A stretch of 64,000 nucleotides of DNA from Octopus vulgaris (Eukaryota), in assembly GCA_951406725.2 (NCBI GenBank), contig OX597815.1:201066001-201130000 (forward strand). The letters run 5' to 3'. The notes under the pieces are model-generated. The model saw nothing but the letters and a program-made list of their open reading frames with translations. It was not told the DNA's origin and did not search any database. A program made the translations under genes and the position numbers. Below are positions 1 to 14,053 of the stretch, piece after piece. Position 1 is the stretch's first letter. Every line of letters starts with the position of its first letter.

Positions 1-173
1 AAAGGAGTGTCAGTTATGTAGTGATAGAATCTAAGTGATGGGGCAGGGAGCGAGAGGGATATTATTATGGAATGAAGAATTAAGGATTATAGATTTGGTG
101 CTTGGACAGGTCAGTGCTTATTAATAGAAGAAAAAATATATGTGAAAAATGTATACGTATGTATATATAAGGC

Positions 174-224
<51 letters not shown>

Positions 225-410
225 TTATACAGATCTTTATACATATCAATATCTACATACACGACTCAAACTCATATGTATATGTACAGATGTACACCCA
301 TATATATGCGTATATCTGTATGTAGTATCGCCCCTGTATACGCAGGTATACATACCTTACATACATGCATTCACACATACACACATACATACACGCATAC
401 ACAAACAGAA

Positions 411-1760
411 ACCAGTTCCCTAGAGAGAAAACCACACTCATCATGCGCATCAAACGACCTAATAAAAAAATACAATTAAAATGCTCCCACATACAACATC
501 CACATTCAAGAACAATGAAAAGGCTGGAGTTGGAAAAGCTTCATCTGCTGACCTACATGAAAACCTCCATTGAAAACCAAAGAGCTGCAGAGGAACAGTG
601 GGTAATAAAGAAAATCAAACAGAAACCAAAAGTGTTCTTTTCATATGCAAATAAGCATAGAACCGTTGTCTCAGCCATTGGTTCTTTGATCGATGAACGC
701 TGCATTCTCCAAGCGATGCTAAAATATGGCAGAAATGTTGCAGAAACAATACTGCTCTGTCTTTAGTGATTCCACTGATACTGACGTAAGGAATGCGAAC
801 GAAGTCGATTCCCAACACAAAATCTCGGACATAACCTTAACTGCTACATACATCATAGCACCAATGAATGAGGTAAAGTACTATTCTGCTGTAGGCCATG
901 GTAGATTCCCTGCTAGTCTCATAAGAGAATGTAGACATAAACTTGCAGACCCTCTGAGCAATCTCTGGAGAAATTCTTTAAACTCAGGCTATATACCAAA
1001 ACAGCTCCTATCCTAGACTGTCATCCGGGTTTTGAACTGGGAAACAGATCCCTCACAGTCAACTATCACCCAATCTCACTCACTTCTCATATCATTAAAT
1101 TGTTTGGAAGGGTAGTAAGATCAAGTATAGCTGACTTCCAGGTGAGCCACAAACACCTCAATTCAAACCAGTATACCTTTCACTGTGGCAGGGACTATCT
1201 AACACAGCTCTTACAACACATTGATAATATACTTATAGCCTTGGGAATTGGTTTGAAATCTGATGTCATGTATCTTGACTCCAGTAAAGGTTCGACAGAC
1301 TTAACCATAATATCCTACTGTCAAAACTGACAAATCTTGTAATCCGTAGAAAACTTCTAGACTGGATTGAGTATTTCCTTGTGAACAGAACACATGTTTT
1401 GGTCGATGGAATCCACTCAAGCCCCGGAAAGTTACCAGTTATTGAGCTCGCTTCTCTTATAATCTATATAAACGACATTTCCAGCATCATAGAACATAGT
1501 AAAGTGAAAACATTTACTGGAGACTCAAAGCTCCAGAGAAAAGGATCCCATTACCTTTAAAAGGGATCTGGACAGATTTCTCCAAACATTACCAGATAAT
1601 CCACCTATACCCGGATACAACACACTTACAAGGACTCCCTAATCAAATGGACCATGAAACTACAAAACATGGCTGAAAAAAGATTTAGGTTATCCTATCC
1701 GGTAGTGGTATTAATTTAGACATGGCCTGGACGAATCTTCGGTCGAAACATATCTAAGTT
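411..1760 (+). mobile_element. Decayed, 5'-truncated CR1/L2-type LINE (ORF2 RT fragment with internal deletion, plus 3' end)
   Basis: Frameshifted ORF2 motifs in order: KPKVFFSYANK, LIRECRHKLADPLSNLWRNSL..GYIP, NYHPISLTSHIIKLF, NQY.F..GR...TQLL, DVMYLDSSK, YINDI, then a jump to C-terminal FKRDLDRFLQTLPDNPPIPGYN and a 3' UTR ending TATCTAAGTT. Confidence 0.9.
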
Positions 1761-1799
1761 TATATAATTATTTATATTTATATATATACATATACATAT

Positions 1800-1849
<50 letters not shown>

Positions 1850-3367
1850 CACATATCTGATATGTATACATACAATTTATGCATATAGTTTACTGTACCG
1901 TGGTCGATGAGAAAAAATTGGTGTTTCCAATAACAGATATATATTTACTATACACAAAATGTACAACCGGTTGTAAAAATTCTTGCTTGCAAATTAGTCT
2001 GTTGGTTTTGCATTGAGTACTGTGTAAAAAAGGCACATATACGCGCTCTAAATACATCGGCTCTCTGAGAAAATGAAAAATTACAAGAAAGGAGAAGATA
2101 AAAAGTAAAAGCATGACTGAAAACCAAAATGACTGGAGATAAGTGTTGTGACACCTTGGCCCAATTGAATGGCGATAAACGAAAGTTGGAGTGGTTAATT
2201 TGAGTAAGAACGGTTACAGTCAATCCTGAGTTTGAGATAGTCTTGAATGTTTGATAAAAACTAATCCAGATGCATACGTTTACTGAAATTTTTGTATCTC
2301 GATTTTTAGTAGATCGGTGTAACTTCTAGATTTAAAAAGTGTGTTTAAATTATGATGTGCGAGGTACTGATGGTATTCGAATTGAGATTTAGCTACCTAA
2401 CATGTCTTCATTCTTATATACGTACCGGATAGGAGATTGGTGTTTAACATATATTTTACAATGTCAATTGCCTGAGGACCAATCCCTTTTCTTACCAGCT
2501 CTATTCTCTTAAACTGCTGCGAGCTCAGGTTTGTAAACCAAAAAATACATACATGCACACACAAATAGACACACACACAAACACACACACAGATAGTACA
2601 AAATCTATATTCGTGTACATGAGTATAAAGGAATTTTATATCTATAAAATCAACTGTTTTTCATATTTCCATAAATATTTTCGCTAAATTTAACGTCTGT
2701 TTCTTCAAATATATCATATGTAAGTGTTACTTATTCAAAGAGGCAGTTTAGGGATCAGGCTTATACATTAGAAACAATTTTCAACAACATCACTTAAGGC
2801 AGAAATCTTTCATAGCATACTGGTATTTTTAGAGTTTCAATGTACATCACAATACTTCAGATTTCCTGTATAAGTGTTGTTGAAAAATATTTGGATTAAA
2901 ATGATACAATCATCACGTGATAAACTACTCGTAGAACAAAACTTTAAAAATCGCAATAATTACATTGCACTAGATTTCACATGATACTTATCCACTTAAA
3001 TCATTAAAAGAAGAACGAATATATAAATTTCATTTCCGAAAGCAAACAATATTCAGTTAATTGAAAGATGGCTCTTAATTTGAGATAGACAAAGATAAAT
3101 ATAAAAATGATGAAGGAAGAGGTAATGGCTTCATGAGTGCTTTATATTTCTTAATTTGCATCATTTGTGGGAAATATATTTGAATAATATCGACTTGAAC
3201 TCTGCGAATCGGTATTGAGTTATGGCGTCGGGAATGTTCTGGTTTGTTCAGATTCGTTTGCGCCAAAAACATCCTCTTTGTTGTGAATGATAAATCTCGC
3301 AGCAAGATAGGGTGAAATTTAAGGTTCTTGACTTTCTTGATGAATCTGCTTTTTATTCAATATCTTT

Positions 3368-3466
3368 TAGACACCCTTTTCAAATCCTGAGTTAGAATAT
3401 CAGCTGATATCAAATGGTGCGTGGGACATAGAATGTTCTTCTCAATAGGCGACCGCGTGTGCTATA
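3368..3466 (+). repeat. Diverged ~100 bp direct repeat, second copy at ~4213-4315
   Basis: TAGACACCCTTTTCAA...CATAGAATGTTC...GCGACCGCG..TGCTATA at both places. Confidence 0.75.
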
Positions 3467-3724
3467 GAGGATAATTTGGTTCTTATAGTTACGTAGATAT
3501 TTCGTTTTTTTTTTAAGTGTAATTGAAAAGTATAGACATGAGATTTGTGTGCTTACTATTCAGGTTGTTCTATCAGTGAAGTATATATGTATGTATGTGT
3601 TTGTATGTATGTATGTATGTATTTTTATATTAGCGAGCACTATATCTCGGGTTATAGAACGTAAACGATCGGAACTTTACCAACGGTTTCGCATTGATTA
3701 GTCGAGATTCCAGATAAACAAGCA

Positions 3725-3856
3725 CAGGCGAATGTGTGTAATAAGTTTACTCTTCAACCACATGATTCTGAGTTTTTTTTTTACTATTACCATAGGCGGT
3801 CCAACGACTTGAGTGTCCAATCCGTAGGCGGAAACTGAAAGAAGCACGTGGTATAT
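3725..3856 (+). mobile_element. Degenerate 5' half of SINE family 1
   Basis: AACCACATGATTCTGAGTT and GGCGGAAACTGAAAGAAGC match the head of the intact copies at 10171 and 15638. Confidence 0.6.
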
Positions 3857-3944
3857 AGCTGGTGTTCAATGCTATCTCTAGGTTTCATTAATCTTTATAA
3901 TCCCCAGTCTCTCTCTCTCTCTATCTATATATATATATATGTAT

Positions 3945-3985
<41 letters not shown>

Positions 3986-3987
3986 AA

Positions 3988-4186
3988 AACTTAGATAAAC
4001 TTAGATATGGTACAGGCCATGTCTAACTTAATAGCACCACCTGATAGGATTATCTAAATCCTGTTTAAGTCAGGTTTTGTTTATGGTCCATTCAAGTAGT
4101 GAGTTTTTGTTGGGTGAATTGTATCCAATTGTGGGTGGCTTATCTGGTATTCCTTGAAGGAATCTATCCAGACTCCGTTTAAAGTT
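3988..4186 (-). mobile_element. 3'-terminal fragment of the same CR1/L2-type LINE
   Basis: Reverse complement aligns with ~1555-1760 (FKRSLDRFLQGIPDKPPTIGYN; ...TTAGACATGGCCTG...) and ends in two TATCTAAGTT tail units; flanked by (TA)n. Confidence 0.85.
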
Positions 4187-4312
4187 ATATATATATATAT
4201 ATATATATATCTTAGACACCCTTTTCAAGAACTGTACTAGAACATCAACTGATATAAAATGTGGTGTGGGGCATAGAATGTTCCTGCGCTTCTCAATGTG
4301 CGACCGCGCCTG

Positions 4313-4347
<35 letters not shown>

Positions 4348-4355
<8 letters not shown>

Positions 4356-4781
4356 ATAGATAAGTGTATTTTACCTTGTTAACAATTAACACGGATAAAT
4401 GAATGAATAGTTACCAGGGCAGCAAAAATCTCACAAGTAAAGATGTTGCAACTCCTTGTTTATAAAGGTTGAAACTTCGTTTTTTACGTTGAATATTTGA
4501 ATAATATGAATAAAAAATGGAGTTAACTCCATTTTTTATTCATATTATTCAAATATTCAACGTAAAAACGAAGTTTCAACCTTTATAAACAAGGAGTTAC
4601 AACATCTTTACTTGTGAGATTGTTGCTGCCCTGGTAACTATTCATTCATTTATCCGTGTTAATTGTTAACAAGGTAAAATACACTTATCTATTTATAATA
4701 CTTTAATCAGGTTTATTAATAACCTGCTAACTGAATTGTTACAACATATGGAGTTATTACCTGCGTTAACTCCATTTTTTA

Positions 4782-4788
<7 letters not shown>
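4348..4788. repeat. Near-perfect 353 bp spacerless palindrome (4348-4700) plus partial tandem repeat, bounded by (TA)n
   Basis: Centre GGAGTT|AACTCC at 4524/4525; arms ~177 bp with few differences; 4765-4788 repeats 4522-4545. Confidence 0.95.
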
Positions 4789-4832
<44 letters not shown>

Positions 4833-5562
4833 TTGTATGTATATATGTATATATATATGTATATATATATGTATACATACATATATACATACATATAAAT
4901 GCAAGTGTAAATAGTTATGTATATGCCTATAGACCAAAACGCTCTGTAACAGTGCAGCCCGGAGACAGACGAATTTGAGTTCTTAAATTTACGTTCCACA
5001 CACAATGTCGTTCGTAAATAATAATAGAAATTTATAATTTTCTCAGAGAAATAACTCAATCATTATCAATTATCTCTATATTACTTGACACTCACTCTAT
5101 TTGAATAGGGGTTAACTTTCACGCAATGCTTCATTTTGTTTATAAACTCAAGTTCCAATGTTTAATTTCATTTTATGATACACGGTTTATTACGCACGAA
5201 ATAGTGATGGGATGTGTTAGAAACCACACCTAATTCTCTCTTAAAGCACATTTTCGTCAGAAAATCATTATGGAATTTTGAGCAAGTTGCAGATTCGGAC
5301 TATCTGTAGTTTAGAACTATGATTACAAAGCAATTCTGAAAAGCAGCCGAAATTTTAGGATATACACATGGTTAGATAAAGCACATCGATATTCGTTCGC
5401 ATAAAGAGGTTTCTTTCCACTTATATATTTGTATATTTCTCTATCCAGAAAATATCACAGACAGAAAAAGAATTTAAATAATGTGTTACCAATTATAAGA
5501 AGATTTAAGATGAATTTATCTTACAATCTTTCCACAATATCTCAGACAAAAACCTATATGTA

Positions 5563-5618
<56 letters not shown>

Positions 5619-5919
5619 CGAGAGAGAGAGACAGGGATAGAGAAGAAGAGATAGTTAATGTAAAGAATAAGAGGGGTTTAGTTCACTGATGATCTAAACC
5701 AATATGTATGCTGCGTAAAGGTTATAATTGGCCTTCCGTCAGTTACCAAGTTCACAGCTGAGGCTGGATGTAGGCATCTGTAATAGGCTTCCGAGTCAAC
5801 AGGTATATATTAAAGGAAAATGGAAAGCAAAACCAATGTAGGACAAGTATCTCAGGTCAGAGATACTTGTTAGAATAAGGTAAAGGTGAATCAAAAATGG
5901 AGAAGTAGAAGTAACTAAT

Positions 5920-5980
5920 GTCTTACAGCTATTTCTGGCGTATCCCAGATGATAGATCAAGGTATTCCGTCATCAGATTC
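5920..5980 (-). ncRNA. Type-I hammerhead ribozyme motif (degenerate helix I)
   Basis: Minus strand: gaat-CUGAUGA-cggaauacc...cca-GAAA-uagcug-UA-agac. Confidence 0.65.
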
Positions 5981-6213
5981 AAGGTGTTCCAGAGACAAAA
6001 TTCATAGTGTATTTTTTTAAAAAGCAGTAGTTAAAAGAATAAAGAGAGGAGTATAAAGTTCACAGGTAATCTTGTTGCATAGGGTATGGGCATTACCTTC
6101 TGGAATAAGTTGAACTTTGAACTTTATTCTCTCGTATTTATTCTTCTATCTCTTGTTTAATTCTTCTATACACAGTGAATTATGTGTCGGGAATTTTTCT
6201 GCATACATACCTT

Positions 6214-6289
6214 GTCTCTGAAGACAGAATACCCAGTGTATGGAGATGGTGACCCATCACCTGGGATACGCCAGAAACAGATGTAAGAC
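6214..6289 (+). ncRNA. Type-I hammerhead ribozyme motif
   Basis: gucu-CUGAAGA-[cccag..gaugg ugac ccauc..cuggg]-GAAA-cagaug-UA-agac; helix I gucu/agac. Confidence 0.75.
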
Positions 6290-6420
6290 ATTAATCATTT
6301 CTACTTCTTCATTATTTTTGATTCGCCATACTTCAACCTACTCAACTAAAAATTCTAAATGACCAGAGATAGTAGTCCAGCTTTGGTTTTGCTTTCCATT
6401 TTCCTTTAAGATATATATAT

Positions 6421-6633
6421 GTATAGGGAGAGTTTACGAAAAAAAAAACAAAAGACGAAGACAGGTGGAGTACAAAACAAACAGATGTATTAGTATAACG
6501 CTCAGAAATAGAAAAGGTCTTTTACATTTCGAGCCTACGCTCTTCTACAGAAAGGAACACAGAAAAAACAATGAGAGATAAAAGGAGAGAAAAAAGGAGA
6601 GAAAAGATGTGCGTAGTGGCTAACAATCAATCA
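6421..6633 (-). mobile_element. Short HHR-bearing element, family A (copy 1)
   Basis: Homologous to 18355-18568 and 29820-29994; bounded by (TA)n on both sides. Confidence 0.85.
6519..6554 (-). ncRNA. Minimal hammerhead motif with CUGUAGA core
   Basis: cuuu-CUGUAGA-a-gagc guag gcuc-GAAA-ug-UA-aaag; helices I and II perfectly paired. Confidence 0.7.
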
Positions 6634-6656
6634 TATATATATTTGTATGTAGGTAT

Positions 6657-6975
<319 letters not shown>

Positions 6976-6981
6976 AATTTA

Positions 6982-7083
<102 letters not shown>

Positions 7084-7144
7084 TATATACAGATATCTCT
7101 GTGTGTATGTGCTTGTGCATATCTATCATGCGTGTGTTGGTACT

Positions 7145-7326
7145 TTTGCTTGTCCACCATCATCACTTGACTTCCGGTGTTGGTTTGTTTATGTCTATGT
7201 AACCTCGCGGTTTGATGTAAACTCGATAAAATAAGCACGATACGTTCTGGGTCGATTCATTCGGCTAAAACATTTCAAGGTGGTAACCCAGCATGGTCGG
7301 ACTCCAATAATTCAAACAAGCAAAAA
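7145..7326 (+). mobile_element. Degenerate 3' half of SINE family 1
   Basis: CTTGACTTCCGGTGTTGGTTTGTTTATGTC, GGGTCGATT, GGTGGTAACCCAGCATGG match the intact copies. Confidence 0.65.
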
Positions 7327-7901
7327 TTAAAATTTCTGTTTGCTTTTATGGAAAAATGAGGGACCATTAAAAAGATATTGGATATCCCTTGGAATGAGAT
7401 ACATAATAAATTGTTTTTAAATAACGTGTATGGAAGTTTCATAAAATAGCAGCGCTTCCGAAAGTTAAAATATGTATTTTGTGTAACTGCTGGGTCATTT
7501 AGAATGTAACTACTGAGCAAGAGAGAGACATTGATTCCTTTAGTTTTTGATGATACTGATATATTGTTTTCAGAAATCCTTGGAAAAAAATTCGCATCAA
7601 CTTATATCGTTTGTCTTTTTGTCTTCTTTTTTTTTCTCAGTAAGATCGTGCTTAACAAGTTATGCGTACACTTGATGATATGTAAACTACATGTAGTTGT
7701 AAGATTATGTTATGATATTTTACCATATGCCAAATATGCCAAATAATAGGGATGAGGTTGTAATAAAGTCGTTAGCTTGTAGAATTATTACCCATCTGAG
7801 AAAATACTTTACGACATTTTCTCCGGGTTTTTACTTCTGAGTTTTATATTCCGGCAAGGTTGACTTTACCGCTTATCGTTTCGGGACCAATAAAATTAAT
7901 A

Positions 7902-8113
7902 TCTGTTTCTTTATTACCCACAAGGGACTAATCATAGAGGGGAAAAACAAGGACAGACAAACGGATTAAGTCGATTACATCAACCTCAGTGCGTAACTGT
8001 TACTTAATTTATCGACCCCGTAAGGATGAAAGGCAAAGTCAACCTCGGCGGAATTTGAACTCAGAACGTAGCGGCAGACGAAATACGGCTACGCAATTCG
8101 CCCGGCGTGCTAA
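7902..8113 (-). mobile_element. tRNA-headed SINE family 2 (core GCCTTTCATCCTTTCGGGGTCGATAAA, Meta/MESC-like from recall)
   Basis: Close to the copies at 17121 and 53653; B-box-like GAGTTCAAATTCC; an older degenerate + copy lies at ~7770-7900. Confidence 0.9.
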
Positions 8114-9402
8114 GTCGCGTACTAAGTCTCTGTGTCTGACTAGCAACCTCCCCGTAAGTTTCAGGCTTTATGATGCTAGTTGAACGAATACTTTTCTGCT
8201 ATATTCATGTACTCCGGTTCGTTTAAAGTGTTGAATCAATAGTTTCCTCTCTATGTAGCTTATTACGGTTAATTTTCTCCGAGATCGCTTGTAATTTCTA
8301 TTAGATGGTATTTATTATTTGACATCAGTATATCCATCTTAATCAACGAAAGGCAGAAAAAATTGGCTGATTTCGTTTAGATTTCCAATTATTATATACT
8401 ACGAATATGAAATATATTCGTTATGTTCACACCTTCAGGAGTACATAAATATTCAGATTTTTACCTATAAAAAACATTGTTAATACTATTTAAGTTAGCT
8501 TAAAGAAGTAATTGTATGGTTTTATTAGATTTCACATACCTTCAATGTTTGGATGTCACTTTTAAGGCTATAGATGCCTATCTCCAACTAACTCTGATTA
8601 ATGTCAGCCAGAAATAAAAATGATGGTTTATCTGACAGAATATACAAAGACACACTTATTTCACTTATTTATGAAAGAGAATAGGTATGATTCAATATCT
8701 TCATTAGTTATGGAATATTAAGTAAGTGATATGTTATACGTTACGAGTGATTAAGATACCGGTTAGCTACTGATGTTTTGTTCATCATCGCCTGTTTACA
8801 AAAGTTATACCAAAGATATGAACAGCACTTCAAAATCAACAATGTACCGTGCAAATTTGCATTAATATGATTAAATTTTAGAGTAATGAACGGTTAAGTA
8901 GAAATATGTTGAGAAATGAAAGATTGTACTGCATTACTAAGAGTTCGATCATACGCCTTCTCTCTCATATGTAAAGCAAACACTTCGGAGTTGTTGCCCA
9001 GCCAGCGATATATGAGACACTAAACGAACAGGAAGAAACATAATAATGTTAAAATATTTAATACTTAAAGCATTAAATCTTATTTCGCCAGATACGTTGA
9101 AGAATATTTATCTTATTTCGCCAGATACGTCCAAGAATAATTTTTTTTGCCTAGACATGCTTAAGTAAAAATGTAAAAGCACTGCAGCTATCGCGAAAAA
9201 CTGAAAATATAAAATATTTATTTACAAGTAGAGTGCTAGACCGTAGGCGTTTGCTTCTGTTTCATTTCAGTATTTCTTAAAGTTTTTATACGGCAAATCT
9301 GCTCTATTTAATTACTGAGTTTTATTGTTTTCAATTAATGTCAATATTTGCTTTTGCATCAACTCACACATCTTCAATATTTCCACTGACTTACATACTT
9401 CA

Positions 9403-9712
<310 letters not shown>

Positions 9713-9854
9713 CGTTATATGTGTGTATGTGTATGTATGCGTATGTATGCGTGTGTGTGTGTGTGTTTCTATGTATATCTCTCATCTCAGTCTGTCCCGT
9801 TTTTTCTAAATTTTTGACCCTCACCCTCTCTCACTCTCTTCCTCTCTCTTTCTA

Positions 9855-9892
<38 letters not shown>

Positions 9893-10170
9893 ACTGGTTC
9901 TCTTCAAGTCTGACAAACTCTCACATTTCTTTAATCTCTACTATAATAATCCTTTCTCTTCAAACTTCTTTCATAACGTAATATTCTCTCCTGTTTCTGA
10001 GGGAAAGTATCAAACAGAAAAAACATAAAGGCAGATGTAATTTGACATTTGATTTATCGAAATGTTTATAGTTTTTATAAACATATCATATGAAGCGCAA
10101 CCTTACAAATATCTGTTATCTATATGTTTCAGGAGTTCTTAAATTTTCAGTATATATATGTATATATATC

Positions 10171-10574
10171 AAGAGTGGCTGTGTGGTAAGTAGCTTGCTA
10201 ACCAACCACATGGTTTCGGGTTCAGTCCCACAGCGTGGCATCTTGGGCAAGTGTCTTCTGCTATAGCGCCGGGCCGACCAATACCTTGTGAGTGGATTTG
10301 GTAGACGGAAACTGAAAGAAGCCTGTCGTATATATATATATATGTATGTGTGTATGTGTTTGTGTGTCTGTGTTTGTCCCCCTAGCATTACTTGACAACC
10401 GATGCTGGTGTGTTTACGTCCCCGTCACTTAGCGGTTCGGCAAAAGAGACCGATAGAATAAGTACTGGACTTACAAAGAATAAGTCCCGGGGTCGATCTG
10501 CTCGACTAAAGGCGGTGCTCCAGCATGGCCACAGTCAAATGACTGAAGCATGTAAAAGACAAAAGAGAAAGAGA
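10171..10574 (+). mobile_element. tRNA-headed SINE family 1, near full length
   Basis: A-box-like TGGCTGTGTGG, B-box-like GGTTCAGTCCC, CORE-like TTGGGCAAGTGTCTT, internal TA/TG tract, tail GGCGGTGCTCCAGCATGGCC..TGACTGAA..AAAAGAG. Confidence 0.92.
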
Positions 10575-11182
10575 TATAATTTTCTTTGGACTTTAACTTT
10601 CTCTTTATATCGTGTTTTCTTCATTTTATTTATTACAATACGCATTATACATAAACAAGAAAGTGATAAACTAGTTTCCATTTCTTTTATGAAGTCTGTA
10701 CACCTCTTCCCTCTCTGCTGTAGGTATCTCTAGCAAAATATTCACCGCTACACTGTCTGCTTCACTTTATAAATTTTAATTCTATAATCTAAACAAATTA
10801 ACAATTAATCTTTTAATATGATTAAAAACAAGAGAGAGAAACCCCCCTTGCTGCTGGTCATCAGCCTGCAGAAGCTCACCCATTTAGATTTGCAAATATG
10901 TTGATAAATGACGAGGCTAAACAAGCGTAGCTGTGCTGAGATATTCTCAATTCTTTATATGTCTAAATGTAAAATTATGACTAGAGTAGTAATTCAATTA
11001 TTAGACATAACATTTAGTTGCTGACATTTAGACAAGATAGATTAGTGCTATAGAAATCTAATGAGAAAATAGACTGAAGAAAAATACACGTTGAAGTAGA
11101 GAGGTATGACGGCTAATACTATTAGAATCAAAATTGCAGAATCAGTATCGTCGGCACTGACACCGAGATTATTTACAGCGGC

Positions 11183-11527
<345 letters not shown>

Positions 11528-13416
11528 AATTGTTTTAACTAAGCTTTTAAATAATTCATGAAGTCTGAATAAAGGTTGATAATTTATATGGTTATGGTCC
11601 AGTCACCTTAGCTGTATTCATACACATGTGCGTGCGCGTGCGCGCGTGTGTGTATGTATGTGAGTGTGCGCACATGTATTTTTTCTTATATCCTAGGATG
11701 TGTACCTCTTATTTAAAATGTGTCTGTGTGTAATGAATTTAATAGGCTATTTCAATTAATGTACTTCTTTAATTTTTACATTAGGTTTATTACTCGGTTA
11801 CCGTTTTATTTTCGTTTGTCTTTTTTTTTGTTTGTTTTGCTGCTTTGCTTTATATTCGGTTTACTTTGTCCTTCTTGTTTTATAACCAAAGCGTTCAATA
11901 TTAATGATTTAAGAAGTAGAAAACGAAGAGTAACAATTTTGAGGAATTAAAAATTGAATTATGCACAATCAACTATTGCATTGCTAAGAAGAGCATTTGA
12001 AGAATAGGATAAAATTATCAATACTTTCCCATACTCTTCTGCAATTTTACACGTTTTAGAACATTAAAAAAATATTCTAAATTTTAAAATAATGTTAAAT
12101 TAAAAGTCACACATTCTTAATCATTATATATTTTGTTTTTATTTCGGTATAGTTTTCTCAGTTTTATTTTTTTTGGGTTTGTCTGTTTAATTTTAGGAAT
12201 ATGATAATTTATTTCGCTTGCTTTTTTTTTCTCTTTCTCTCAGAATCTGATAAAATATAAAATATGAAGAGTTATCTGATTATACTATTGCTTCGCAAAA
12301 CAATTGCATTACTTCAATTGTCAAATAATATGTGGTATTGTTTATATCAAATTTTATCTCTTATTATGATTATATATGTTACAATTGTGTTTGAGTGCCG
12401 TACAATAATTGGCATCTTTCAGATAATTCAATTTCGCAATACGATTTCTATTCATATCAGAAGCCATTTTACTTCCTTTACGACGCTAACACTGAAATAA
12501 ATGTATAAACACAATAGCCTACGATTCAAGCATCCCTTAAAATTATATGGTTCATCCTTAGATAAAAGAAGCCAGTCGTATACAAGAAAACCAAAGTAAT
12601 CTTCTGTTGAACCGTAACTGTATCTCAGTCGAATTTTTCTATTGCGTCTATTTAGTTGATCGACACCAGCAACATTTCATGAATTACAACATAAGTTATT
12701 GCAAGGATACACTAGTTCCTTTGTTATTTCAAAGAAATATTGAAACCGAAAGAATATTTAGATTTTAAGTGATTTACAGTTACTATCAGATTACTTTAAT
12801 TATTTTGATAAAGGTATTTTATAAAATATAATTAACTAGCTAGCTTATCTTTTCAGTATAATATTTTTTCTGTCTTGAACGGAATGAAAGCAAATGTGAT
12901 TGTATTTGGCTTACAATACAATTACAAATAAATAACTAAATAAACAAGGGAATAATCTCACCACTGTTTCCATACACTTTTACATCATTTTTCAAAATTA
13001 ATAACTCTATTTTAGTAACAGAAGGCTTTCTGTCCCGACAAACTGTCTAAAAATATTTAATTTAAGTGCTTAAAGCGTTAAAAATTTGTCCTATACTTCA
13101 AATGAACGTAAAGCGCTAATATACTACGTTTTGTCCTCCTAAGTTGGTCTTTTCTAAAGTTAATCACATGTTTGTCTACTTACTTTGCTTTCCAACAATT
13201 ACAAAAATGTAACGATAAAATATCAGAGACTATTCCACGAATGACAAGTGTTAGACTCACAGAAATTCATATCAAAATATATTTCGTATTAGAGGCTGAG
13301 TACCATATTCAAGACTGAATCCATCACCTGCCTTAACCAGACTAAAGCATTTTGCTAAATAGTAACTCTCTTCAATAGTCGGAATCTTTAGAAATACATT
13401 TTATGGCATACACACA

Positions 13417-13513
<97 letters not shown>

Positions 13514-13837
13514 GCACACACATAATAAATGAGTATCGGCTTAAATCCCTATTTATTTCTGTAATGGAAAACATAAGAGTATAAAATTATGTGGGTTAAA
13601 CTTTTTTTCAAGTCTATACCGAAATTCTGCAAAAACGTATGAAACATATCTCTTACAATATTATGAATTAATGTTTAAAATAAGACAAGTATGTCACGTT
13701 CTATTTCTCATGTAGATTACAATGTAATGTACTGAAGAGTGGCTATTATTTGAACGCATAAAACTGGTGTTTTAAAATTTGCTGCAATAGTGAACAAGGC
13801 ACTCACAATTTATAAGTAATTAAGATATAACACTCCC

Positions 13838-13910
<73 letters not shown>

Positions 13911-13920
13911 CATATATGTA

Positions 13921-13959
<39 letters not shown>

Positions 13960-13999
13960 TATATGTATATATGTATATATATATATATATATACATACA

Positions 14000-14053
<54 letters not shown>

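Larger units (their letters stand above)
5810..6409. mobile_element. Diverged inverted repeat with an HHR in each arm (Penelope pLTR-like, family C)
   Basis: TAAAGGAAAATGGAAAGCAAAACCA at left mirrors TGGTTTTGCTTTCCATTTTCCTTTA at right; TA flanks; HHR cores at 5920-5980(-) and 6214-6289(+). Confidence 0.8.

Noticed and set aside
1723-1760. CTGGACGA..CGAAACATATC at the LINE 3' end resembling a hammerhead
   Set aside because: Core spacing is wrong, helix I is absent and the second copy lacks the segment; better explained as LINE 3' UTR.
9077-9137. 33-bp period tandem duplication ATCTTATTTCGCCAGATACGT
   Set aside because: Two units only, ordinary slippage; not CRISPR-like. No CRISPR array is present in the window.
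12244-12500. Strong acceptor followed by hydrophobic 78-aa ORF
   Set aside because: AT-rich composition explains the hydrophobicity; no motif or linked exon.
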